Shown piece by piece: positions 1 to 11,923 of a stretch of DNA of 64,000 nucleotides (positions within the stretch are counted from its first letter, which is position 1; each line of letters begins with the position of its first letter). The position numbers and the translations under genes are program-made. This DNA is from Azolla caroliniana (lineage: Eukaryota > Plantae > Polypodiophyta), in contig JBHGNT010000021.1 in assembly GCA_043228905.1 (NCBI GenBank), positions 5,952,001-6,016,000 on the forward strand, given 5' to 3'. Under the pieces are notes generated by a model that was given only the letters and a program-made list of their open reading frames with translations, had not been told where the DNA came from and ran no database searches.

Positions 1-470
1 CTCATTCTTCAAGGACATAACTAGAGTAGCTTTCCACAAAGTAAGAAATTGATGGAGTTGAGCAACTTTATTGTTAGAATCTCCAATAATACAATCCTAT
101 TGACCCTTCAAAGTATGAACCATGTCCAACCAAATATTATTTACCAATTCAGTTGATGAGGATCTAATTTGATGAAAAATGACAGAGCACCAACCCTTCC
201 AAATGTTATATGTAGTAGTACTAAATATCTCCCATAATTATTGCACCTCCTTCCTTATCCCTAAAATTTGCAAAGACACTAATTGAAGTACATGAACACG
301 TACATAGTGTGAAAACCATGGTCCATAGATTCAACGTTGTAATGGAAAATAGAGTAGACAAGTGATGTCCAAACCACCATTCCTCATGTGAATGCCGATG
401 GGGAAAAGTAGTTAGCAAATATTCTAAAGAGGCGTTTCCATACCAATTGAGATTCAATGCAGTCCCATAG
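1..470 (-). mobile_element. Possible decayed LINE endonuclease fragment
   Basis: Minus-strand translation gives weak APE-like words (NGGLDI, IIMGDI resembling GDFN); heavily disrupted. Confidence 0.25.
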
Positions 471-930
471 ACAATGTTTTTGAGTTAGTGAGCACAACTA
501 GAGGATAAACCTATCTTATGCAGCCATGTAAAGTATTTTTCGTGACTAGTTTCTTGCCCATAGGTTAACCTAGAACTTACCAAGAAACTTCAGAGTAATG
601 CACACATACTTACGTATACCATGTACACATATTCTCATACACATAGTTACACAACAAACAATCATACATTCATGCACACACACTTGGGCTAAGTTTTACA
701 ATCATTGAATCACAACCACTTAAACACGTACAAGCTCACGTGATTCACATACACATCCACATGATTTGGTGCACATATTCATCAAGTCAAACGTGTGTAG
801 TCTAGTTGCTTCAATGATGGGATCTTAGCCAAGTTATCCTTATTAGTCTTTTGACTGCATCTGAGCATTCGTTTGCCCATTTAAATGCATCTTCCCCTTT
901 CCGTGATACAAACGGTTCCACAATGTGAGC

Positions 931-1018
931 GAATGTGGGGTATCAACCAATAATACAGAAATTAGAGAGAGCGACACACAAACGCCTACAAATCTTCCCA
1001 ATTGCTCGTACACACACA

Positions 1019-1052
<34 letters not shown>

Positions 1053-1270
1053 TGTTCCCAATTGTACATACATATATGCAAATGGTTGCAAGATGTGAGA
1101 GTGTTATCAACCAAGAATACATAAGAGAGAGAGAGAGGCGCGCGCACACACACATACACAAACGCCCAAGAATCTTGCTAATTGTGCATATATGCCTACA
1201 TAAACTTTTGCAATTGATACAAATAGCACCAAGATGCAAGTGAATGTGTGGTATCAACCAACAATATAGA

Positions 1271-1320
<50 letters not shown>
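931..1320. repeat. Degenerate ~150-165 bp tandem repeat mixed with (CA)n/(GA)n microsatellites
   Basis: GTATCAACCAA-like motif at ~940, ~1103 and ~1251, each followed by GA or CA runs. Confidence 0.6.
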
Positions 1321-1323
<3 letters not shown>

Positions 1324-1445
1324 AAGATATATTAACGTCTTCTAACGCCAAAATTGGTCCATGAGACAATTGGTTTACAACAAAAAATGGGATATTTACC
1401 CATTCATTGAAAGTAAAATAAAAATAGAGTTTTAAGCTAAATAGT
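1318..1445 (-). mobile_element. Short LINE/SINE 3'-end fragment
   Basis: Similar to 8800-8930 (GATATATTAACGTCTTCTAA.GCCAAA.TTGG.CCATGAGACAAT.GGTTTACAACAAAA); GAAA tail. Confidence 0.6.
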
Positions 1446-1667
1446 TCTAGTAAAATAACAAACATGTTCTACAATGAAAATGATGTTATACTAGGCCTAA
1501 TTTCATTTCCATCCAAGTCTCTCGAAGAGAAACGAGAGGTCAAAGGGTTTCGATGTGGATGTGGCCCATGGCCCCAATGTAAAAGGTACCCCAACCATAG
1601 CTTCTAGTCGACGTAGCTCACGTTCCCTTATCTTCTTAATCCTTTCTACTCCGTGTCAACTTGTATG

Positions 1668-1702
<35 letters not shown>

Positions 1703-1916
1703 ATTATATGCAAAAGTCGATGCTCATTAGATGCACCGAGAGTGATTTGGTTGATCTTGGATGGTGTGGCCCAATATTGGATCAAGGCAATGTGTGTTAG
1801 CACTTAGGTTACCCTATTGGTGTTGATATCTCGTCTCAAAGTTTTATTGGATATTGCGGACCATTTTAGACAAATTTATGCATTGGAAGTCTCAAGCATG
1901 GCTGTTTAGTACTCGT

Positions 1917-4126
1917 TGTCATAGACCCACCAAGTGCGGACTAGGACAGAGCACAGATGATGGGGTGACGAACGAAAGATGAACTTGGAGCTAGATGTGA
2001 CGAGGCTAGGAACTTTAGATGTTGTGAGCAACATGAGGGAAGGAAGACAAAAATAAAGATCAAGGAGACAAAGATGAGGCGAAACGAGAATACCAGATTG
2101 ATGTGTCAATGATTGGTGTTGAATCCCTTGAAAGCGACTAAGGAGGTTACAAGTATTTATACAAGTTCTGATATTGAATATCTCTATAATATACCCATCT
2201 AGATTACACCATAGAATATTTCTAGAATATACTAAAGATTAGACTATTTTGGAATGTACAATATGCTAGAATAACAATACTAAACTATTATATATAAGTA
2301 CATTCACATATGGAAATGGTTAAGCGTGACGTCTTGTAGATGTGAGATTATAGGTTCAATCCTCACTAACTACGTATTTGATGTCACTATGTTGTGACAT
2401 TATCCACCCCTTTAGGCCAAAACGCCTTTTCGAAAGCGTGGTGTAGGGGTGGACGGGAATTGGAGCATCGACGGGAGTGAGGAACCAAATGTTGTCCTCA
2501 CTAGAGACTAGAACACCAACGGACTTGAGTGACCATGTACGGTCCTCACCAGAAACCGGAACCCCTACGGGTGTGAGCGACCATGTGTGGTCCTCACCAA
2601 AGACTAGAACACCGACAGACATGAGCAACCATATGCGGTCCTCATCGAGAAACATGAACGGGCATGAGCGACCATGCGGCCCTCATCGGGAACTGGACCA
2701 TGAACGGGAGTGAGCGACCATGCGGCCCTCACTAGGAACTCGAACACGAACGACATGAGTGACCATGTTGTCCTCACTGAGAACTGGAACACGAATGGGA
2801 GTGAGTGACCATGCGGTCCTCACCAGGAACTAGAACATGAACGAGCGTGAGCGACCATGTGCGGCCCTCATCTAGAACGAGAACACGAACGAGAATGAGC
2901 GACCATGGGACCCTCACCGGGAACTGGAACATGAACGGGAGTGAGTGACCATGTGGCCCTCACCGGGAACTCGAACACGAACAGGTGAAGGAGTGCAAGT
3001 GAAGCGGTCGACTCGACTTCTTCTATTATGAGAGGGTAAATAGTCGAGGTTGACCCCAAACACGACACAAATGGTAACGCTAGCGAGAAACCAACGTGAT
3101 CCCCACTAGGAAAGTGAGTGGTTGGGACCCCCACTAGAACTAGAAGGTGAGCGATCAAAATCGATCCTCGTTAAAGGAGAGTGGAGTGCAACCGAAAAAT
3201 GATTTGATCCCCACTAGGAAAGTGAGCGATTGTAACCCCCACCGAAATTGTGAAGGTGAGCGATCGAAATCAATCCTAGCCAAAATCGTGAAGCAAAATG
3301 ATACCTATAAATGGTGACAATGGCAATGAAGAGGGCGGAACAATGATGATAATCAAAGATCACACAAAGTAGTGTTGATGACAATGAAGGTTGGGCGAAG
3401 TAGAGTTTGAGGAAGACAACAAGAGGTGCTGAAAATGATGATGTCGAAGACAAGGCAATGAAGACGATGATGATGAGGACGTGTCTCTAGAAGGAACGAC
3501 TGTGACTATGGTGACGATGGTGCCTCTAAAACCAAGGATGTTGATGATAGTAAATTTGGAAGCAACAACAGTGATGATGGTAATTCTAGAAGCAAGGGCA
3601 ATGATGAAGATGGGCGATGCTTCCAGTTGGAAGGGATTCAAATGGTCACGGACACACCAAGTGCGGACTAGGACGGAGCACAGATGATGGGGCTACGAGC
3701 GACGGATGATCTTGGAGCTAGATGTGACGAGGCTAGGAACTCTAGATGTTGTGAGCGACATGAGGGCATGAAGAAAAAAATAAAAATCAAGGAGACAAAG
3801 ATGAGGCAAAACGAGAATACTAGATTGATGTGTCAATGACTGGTGTTGAATCCCTTGAAAGGGACCAAGGAGGTTACAAGTATTTATACAAGTTCTGAGA
3901 TTGAATATCTCTAGAATATACCCATCTAGATTACACCATAGAATATTTCTAGAATATACTAAAGATTAGAATATTCTGGAATGTCCAATATGCTAGAATA
4001 ATAATACTAAACTATTATATATAAGTACATGCTCATATCAAAATGGTTAAGCATGACATCTTGTAGGTGTGAGGTTGTAGGTTCAATCCTCACTAACTAC
4101 GTATTTGATGTCATTATGTTGTGACA
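1917..4126 (-). mobile_element. Non-autonomous LTR retroelement (TRIM/LARD-like, chromovirus-type ends)
   Basis: 483-bp LTRs at 1917-2399 and 3644-4126; TSD CTCGT/CTTGT; PPT (minus strand AAAGGGGGTGGATAA) next to 2400; no recognisable coding domains inside. Confidence 0.9.
2477..2985. repeat. 46-48 bp tandem repeat array (~11 units) inside the LTR element
   Basis: Unit ~GTGAGCGACCATGYGGYCCTCACCGGGAACTRGAACAYGAACGGGA; 16-aa periodicity in overlapping ORFs. Confidence 0.9.
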
Positions 4127-4723
4127 CTTGTCTCAAAGTGGTACAAGCGATAATGATTCCAATGATTGCCTATTTTTTGCCATTATTACATTGGACAAAG
4201 AAATCACTTGATCAATTAGTTCGTTCACTTAAATATACATTGTGGAAGAAAGAATCAAAACTGGTATGAGTTGGGTATCGTGGAACAATATCTGTACTCC
4301 AAAATGGTTAGGGGAAATTACATTACTAAATTTGGAGGATCATATGGTGGCTCGAAGATTCAAAAAGGTATGTGCGTAGGTACCCAACCTTGGGCAGAGA
4401 TAATTAGTTATTTTGTGGAAAAGGTTGGTACACACCATGGGAAAACCAAAATTAATGCATCGTGGTGGCATGTTGCTAATAGTTCCCGGCCATTTAAATG
4501 TTTAGAATCTATTATGGTCCATCAATTAATGCTTTCTTGGCAGCGATGCTTGAAATTATTTAATTGGAGCCACCTTGAGTGTAGAAAAGATATTAATTCC
4601 TTGGCAGCAAAGGTGTTGGAATCTTCAAGGATAATACATTGGGATGGAAAAGAAATCCTAAATACATAGTTTAATTGAATGTCAAGGCTATCTTGGTAAT
4701 AGTGGAAGATGGTATATTAGAGT

Positions 4724-5106
4724 TGTTGAGAATCGAGCTCAACCTAGTCTAGTGTGTGAACATGCCCTTTGAGAATCTATGAGCACTCGAAGGTCAAAAG
4801 TCACCACTACTCTCTACACATTAACTATTTGTCATAGAATCATATTCTATGACACATAACTAATGAGTTTCTACATTCCCCATTCCCCATGAGCTTCTAT
4901 AGCTCTAGAGAGAGTGTGAGTGTTTAATGAAGAGAGAGGGCGACCTTATATAAAGCACCCTCTTACTTCATAAAGTGTCGGTTGTCCTCCCTTGTAATGC
5001 TACATTTTTGTATTTCATATTCTCCTTGTTAATATACACCTTCTTCTTGAGTACTTCATTTTTCATTAATCTATCTTGTGCCTTGCTTCTCTCCTCTACT
5101 TTCCTC

Positions 5107-5141
<35 letters not shown>

Positions 5142-8100
5142 GACATCTCTTCCGTTGCACATAATCATATCCAATTCTTTACATGGTATTAGAGCGATTT
5201 GGTAGCTCAATCTAGCCCATTCACATGTGTTGTGTTTACACCGACGTTCAAGAAGAATCGGCTCATCGTTATTGTAGTGCCATTACATAGCTCGTGTTCG
5301 AAAGAGAAGGAAATCTACATCGAGATAATGAATACTCAAATGGTGAGCACTCTCCTTAGTGAGAAGTTAGACAAAAACAACTTTGCATCTTGGGAGTACA
5401 AGATGCGCCAATACCTTGTCACCCAAGGCTATTGGAGCTACATCAAAGGAGCACAAGAAAATCGACCTGACCTAACGACTCCTGAATACTCAACATGGGA
5501 GCAAGCCACAAGCCGAGTGATGTATTGCTTGGCGACAGGTGTCCGTGACCACATGCTTGGCTACATTCGAGAAGCCAAGTCGCCGAAGGAAGCATGGGAG
5601 AATCTAAGGAAGATATTCGTTGCCAATACGAAGACATGAAAGCTTCAACTCCTCCAAGAGTTGAACAACATCTAACAAAGGGATATGTCCATCACAAGCT
5701 ACACCTTGAAGATCAAGGCACTTTGTGACTCTCTCGGCTCAATAAGCGTCAACGTGGATGATGATGAGATGGTGCAAATATGCCTCGGCGGCCTTGCACC
5801 ACGGTTTGGCACAATGAGAACCGTTGTCCTAGCCAAGGAGAATCCTCCCTCTTTCTTCGATCTTCAATCAATGCTATTGGTTGAAGAAAATCATGTTCGA
5901 AAGAAGAGTAACACCTCGGAAGGCCAAATGCTCTACACACATTTAGATGGAGGAAGAGGACGCGGTCGAGCAAGAAGAGGCTGATTCGACCATGGACGAG
6001 GCGGATGAGGTTCGACGTATGAAAATAACTCCCAATTTCAGCACGAAAATAGAAACAGTCGAGGAACTTTCGGAAGAAGGGCGAGCTTCCATGCTGGTCC
6101 AAGCTGACAAAACTCAATCGAGTGCAGATATTGTGGCAAAATCGGCCACCACGAAGAAGAGTGCCAAATTCGGCTTCCACAATATCTGCACTCAATTATA
6201 ATGTCTTTTGAAGAAGTGTGAGTCGGCTTCCACAAGCCGAAAACTAACTAATTACGCCACCAACTTCGACTATGACGACCATGGCGGAATGTTCGTGATG
6301 AGACATAGAACAAATTCTATGTTAACTTCTACTTCAACTAGTGCCTCCGGTCCAAAAGATGTATGGTTCGTTGACTCCGGTGCTTCGAACCATATGAATT
6401 CTCATCAAGAATGGTTTTGAGAACTTTGACAGCCGGATTGACCCGATTATGTCAAAACCGAAGACAACACTACTCATCCGATTCGGCATATCGGCAATGT
6501 CCCATTCGGGGAAGAAGGCGAACGAACTTGCATAAAAAATGTCTTGCATGTACCGACCATAAGGAAAAATTTGGTCTTCGTCGACCAATTGTGGAGCAAG
6601 GCATGCAAGTCCAATTCAACCAAGGTGGTTGCCTCATCGAAAAAGAGGGCCGACTCATCGCTCATGGTCGAAGGGAAGGTCAAATGTTTATCCTCGAGCC
6701 GAACGAGGTAAAATTGGTCATGTTTGCAAAAGGCACCAAAGCTAACATTGACATAGAGCTATGGCATAAGAGAATCGACATTCACCGCAAGAAAACGGAG
6801 TGGCCGAATGCAAAAATAAGCACATCCTCGAAGTAGCAAGGGCCATGCGAAACGAGAAGCACATGCCGATTCACTCATATTGGGCCGAAGCAGCAAATAT
6901 TTCCATCTACCTCATGAATCAGTGCACAACATCTAGAGTGCACAAACTTAGCCCTCACGAGAAGTACTATGGGAAGAAGTCGAATCTATCCCATGTAAGG
7001 ATATTCGGCTCACTTGCATATGTGCACATTCCCGACGAAAAGCGACAAAAGCTAGATCCCAAGTCAGAGAAGTGTATCCTCGTAGGGTACTCATTGGACT
7101 GTTACAAAGCCTGACTCGTAGCGAAAGGATACGCACAAACACATGGAGTCGACTATGAAGAGACCTTTGCCCTAGTGGCAAAGATGACGACTATGCGGAC
7201 CGTGCTTGCACTTGCAGCGGCAAAAGGGTGGCACCTCCATCATATGGACATCAAGAACGCCTTTCTTCAAGGTGAATTAGAGGAGGTGTACATGGTACAA
7301 CCACCCGGTTTCGAATCGAGCACCCATCCGAAAGTCGTCTGTTGACTAAAGAAGCTACTCTACGGCCTTAAGCAAGCACCACATGCTTGGCATTTGAAGA
7401 TAACACAATATCTTCATCGAATCGGCTTTAGAATGTTGAAATCCGACAACTCCCTCTACATAAGAAGCGATTTTGGAAGCCTAATTGTCATATCATCCTA
7501 TATGTGGATGATTTGGTCATCGGAGGTGAAAATCTAGTCGACATCAACAATGTCAAGTCCCTCCTCTCCAGCAAATTCGAGATGACAGACATGAAGGAGC
7601 TCCATTACTTCCTTGGCATCGAAGAAATTTGGTCTCCAGCCGACATTATGATCTCCCAACGACACTACATCCTCAACTTGTTACACAAGTTCGGGATGAC
7701 TGAGTGCAAATTTGTGGCAATGCCTCTCGATCGGAATTGAAATCTAGTTGTTGACTCCTACACGAAAGATTTTGAGCTGACTCAATATCAACAACTGATC
7801 GAGAGCCTCATCTATCTCACAATCACTCGACCCAACCTTAGCTACTCGGTCGGTCTCCTTAGCCAATTCATGCAAATGCCATGTGACATTTACTTGGATT
7901 GCGCTAAGCAAGTGTTATGATACGTGAGCGGCGCAAGGGATTGTGGCATTCTCTACAAATTGGCCACACCAATTCGACTCGAGGGGTACACAGATGCCGA
8001 CTGGGCTGGCTATAGAGCCGACTAACGATCGTCCTTAGGGTTTGTTTTCTCCCTTGGTTGTAGAGCAATATCCAGGAGTAGCAAGCAGCAGTCGACTATT

Positions 8101-9125
8101 TAACTTTCGAGCACAGAGGCTGAATATAGGGGCGCGGTTATGGCTGCATGTGAAGTCGTATGGCGCAAGAGGATTTTGAACAATCTGGGAATTCCCATCA
8201 AGGATCCGACTCCCCTTTATTGTGACAAAGTGAGCAATATTTATCTGGCTCGGAACCCGGTGTTCCATGCACGCATGAAGCATATTGAAGTGCACTACCA
8301 CTTCATTCGAGAGCGCGTTCAAGCTGGAGATGTCGATCTTCAACACATCAACACGAATCTTTAGACAACCGACATCTTCACCAAAGCCCTAGGAGCCGAC
8401 AAGCTTCGGTAATTCATGTGAGACCTTGGATTGATGATCCCTGACTTGCCAAGCTTGAGGGGGAGTACAAGAGAGAACCGGATACCGTCCGAATCGGGTA
8501 CCAACCAAAGCAGACATCAAGCAAGAGAGAACCAGTTATCGTCTGAACCGGATACCAACCGACGCGAACATCAACCGAAAGGAACCGACACGAGTTGAGC
8601 TTGAGGGGATGTATTGAGAATCAACCTCAACCTAGTCTAGTGTGTGAACACACCCTTTGAGAATCTATGAGCACTCAAAGGTCAAAAGTCATCACTACTC
8701 TCTACACATTAACTATGTGTCAAAGAATCATATATATGACACATAACTAATGAGTTTCTACATTCCCCATGACCCATGAGCTTCTATAGCTCTAGAAAGA
8801 AGAAAGAAAGAAAGATATATTAACGTCTTCTAAGGCCAAATTTGGCCCATGAGACAATCGGTTTACAACAAAAGAGTATTTATCCAGTCATCATAACTAA
8901 AATAAAATTAAGTAAAAATAGAACTTAAACTAAAAGGGTTTAGGGTTTAGGTTTAATGAAGAGAGAGGGTGACCTGATATAAAGCACCCTCCTACTTCAT
9001 AAAATGTCAGTTATCCTCCCTTGTAATGCCACATTTTTGTATTTCATATTCTCCTTGTTAATATACACCTTCTTCTTGAGTACTTCATTTTTCATTTATC
9101 TATCTTGTGTCTCACTTCTTTCCTC

Positions 9126-9182
<57 letters not shown>

Positions 9183-9229
9183 ACACACACATCTCTTCCG
9201 TTGCACAAAATCATATCTAATTCTTTACA
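4724..9229 (+). mobile_element. Ty1/Copia LTR retrotransposon, degenerate with internal deletions
   Basis: LTRs 4724-5183 and 8612-9229; TSD AGAGT; tRNA-iMet-type PBS TGGTATTAGAGC at 5184; gag (SEKLDKNNFASWEYKM), protease WFVDSGASNHM, integrase KLDPKSEKC, RT YVDDL, RNase H KHIEVHYHF; PPT ~8600. Confidence 0.95.
8797..8950 (-). mobile_element. LINE/SINE 3'-end fragment plus telomere-type repeats inserted in the Copia 3' LTR
   Basis: Absent from the 5' LTR; (GAAA)n then sequence matching 1318-1440; ends AGGGTTTAGGGTTTAG. Confidence 0.75.
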
Positions 9230-10140
9230 AGAGTCATGTAGGAAAATGATGGCCTTTCGAACAATTAGAAATAAATACGTTTCATTTACCACGTGGATAT
9301 GGGTATATTTGGGAATCAATATTGGCATTGCCTATATTAGTTTTCTCGCTTCCAGAGTTGGCGGTTGAGGACCCTTGGAATGATTGGCCATTTGGTATTG
9401 GACAATCAAATTTTGTGGTGCACACTAATGATGTATACCATAAGTTGGTTGAAGATAGAGCTTGGTGAGCAACTAAGGTTTTGGACACATGGTACATTAC
9501 TCGACATGTAAAGTGGTGGCGTAGGGTTTTAGATGCAGGATGACAATCTCATCTTCCGCTCTGTGCTAAGGTGTTTCTTTGGTGTGTGATTGTTAGTGGG
9601 TTGCCTTTGGCAATAGCTTTAAAACGTAGACATATTTCAAATGGGACATGTTTTTTTTGCACAGTGGTTGAGGAAGATGCCAGACATAGGTTAATTATAC
9701 ATCTGGTTGCTAAAGCCATTTGGGTTGTTATATCACAAAATTGGGCATCGATAACATGCAAAATTATGTAACCTTTTAACTGGGTTTTTATTAATGGCGA
9801 TAAAGGCATGCCTGCACCATCATATAAGGTCGTGTTTGACTACCTTAGGTATTGGGGGATGTGGTTTAATTGGACCATGAGAAATGGGTTCTCATTTGAT
9901 GGACTTCATGGGGTAACACAACAACTCCGTAGGATGAACGAAAAGGAAGTTGATTTGGAAAATTTTGCAACTATGTTGTCTGGGGACGTTGTCTAAAGAG
10001 GAGACAAAGAGGTATGCCATCTAGTTTCGCAACACTCGAGAGTGTGTCCCTTGCATTATCACGAGTCACTATTCATGAAGTAGTGAAGATAGCAAGGGTT
10101 GTATTATCATCTTGTTTTAATAACAAACATTGATTTACAA

Positions 10141-11190
10141 AGATAGATAGATAGATTATATTATCATCTTCGGAGGTCAAATATGACCTATGAGACCAAA
10201 AATATTACATTTCACATGATACGTGTGAAGGTGAGTAGCGACTCTCGATGTTCAAGAACTTTACCAATGAATGTTGCAATCGAGAGTGCACATTGTGGTT
10301 GTGAGAGAAATTCGTGCAAGGATTGGGCTCGATCGAAGAGATGTGGAAAGCATGGTCGAATATGATCAAAGGCAGTGCATTGTATCAAAGTGTGATACTC
10401 AGATTCTCGAACTTGTTTAGGGCAAAGTGTGCATAGTCGGCCACTCTCATCACTTGTGCCCCAACGCCCTGTCTCACATCTCAATGTGTGCGAGCTAAGT
10501 CGCATGGAAGCAATGGTTCGAATGGCAAATATCGGGATGGGCTCTAACATGTATCAATGTGTACGGCTTCCTTGTTCTGCGAAGAATATGGTTTTGTAGT
10601 TAGGTGCAACATTTGTAGTATAATGTGTGAAGCGTGAGCCACCACATTTGTCCCATGTCATGATACATTGGCGTTGCAAAAAGGCCTTATTTACAGAGGA
10701 ATCTAGTGACGCATCACGAAGCAAGTGTCTTGCATCCCATCTACCAAACCATTTTTCAAAATCTTGCATCCAACCGGAACACAAATTTTTGCTTTTATGT
10801 GTCTTTTGGATCTTTTTGCTTGCTTCCCATGCAATTCTAGGAACTCGATGTGAGGGGCTTTTTTGAACCTTAAGCATGTATTCAACAACCCTTTCCATGG
10901 CCATGATCTCAATTGGGAAGCGATCCCGTCTCAAGGAGGAGGAGGGTGTAAGGCGTTTGTTTCTTAACGTGTAGAAACTTTGTAAGAGGACATTTCCAAA
11001 CTCTTTCCACGTAGATTTAGGGATGGTACCGCCCCATACTTCCAACCCCATAGAGAAGAACCGGGGTCACCAAAGTGTCAAAAAGATATTTCTTGAGGAC
11101 CCAACACTTAATATCTCCAAGATTGCATGCGTTCTCAAATGCATAATATGCTCGCTTACCCGCCTCTAAGCGGCGTGTAGCACACACACA
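10141..11190 (-). mobile_element. 5'-truncated RTE/RTEX-like LINE
   Basis: ORFs 11017-11211 (LFDTLVTPVLLYG), 10554-11051 and 10212-10550 (RLSSHTLRCETGRW, CTLC..ESEYHTLIQC); (TATC)n 3' tail at 10141-10155. Confidence 0.85.
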
Positions 11191-11219
11191 CACGCCCAGG
11201 AATCTTCCCAATCATTCGT

Positions 11220-11221
11220 AC

Positions 11222-11320
<99 letters not shown>

Positions 11321-11385
11321 TACATACACACACACACATACATGCATACATATATACACACATACACACACACACACATACATAC

Positions 11386-11440
<55 letters not shown>

Positions 11441-11453
11441 TACAGATACACAT

Positions 11454-11494
<41 letters not shown>

Positions 11495-11521
11495 TACACA
11501 CACACATACATACATACATAC

Positions 11522-11588
<67 letters not shown>

Positions 11589-11690
11589 TACATACACACA
11601 CACACACACACATACATGCATACATATATACACACATACACACACACATACATACATACATACATACATACGCATACACATACATACATG
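11220..11690. repeat. Long (CATACA)n/(CA)n microsatellite
   Basis: Directly visible, ~470 bp. Confidence 0.97.
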
Positions 11691-11923
11691 TATTTGTTCG
11701 TGAAATTTGAAGAGGAAGTGGAAAAGGAAGGGCATCGGCGAGAATAAAGGAAAACCCAAAACTCTTCCTCTGTTTCCTCTCTCTCTGTCTGTCTGTCTCT
11801 CTCTGCACATGCGATTGCGATTGCTTTCGCTCAGTCAGACACAAACAAACACATATAAACGTCTTTCTCCTCCTCCCTTCTTCTCTCTCTTTCTCTCTGT
11901 CTTTGTCTCTGTCTCTCACGACC

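Larger units (their letters stand above)
1725..10130 (+). mobile_element. Decayed L1-clade LINE ORF2 3' part, in three pieces (1725-1916, 4127-4723, 9235-10130) split by two LTR insertions
   Basis: LGYPIG motif ~1804; WVSWNNICTPKWLG motif ~4271; zf-RVT-like KVFLW..CFFC..EED..H...AKAIW in ORF 9571-9771; pieces rejoin across the TSDs. Confidence 0.8.

Noticed and set aside
2477-2985. Possible CRISPR-like array
   Set aside because: Units are contiguous diverged copies with no spacers, in a eukaryotic LTR context
8934-8950. True telomere
   Set aside because: Only ~2 TTTAGGG units, interstitial
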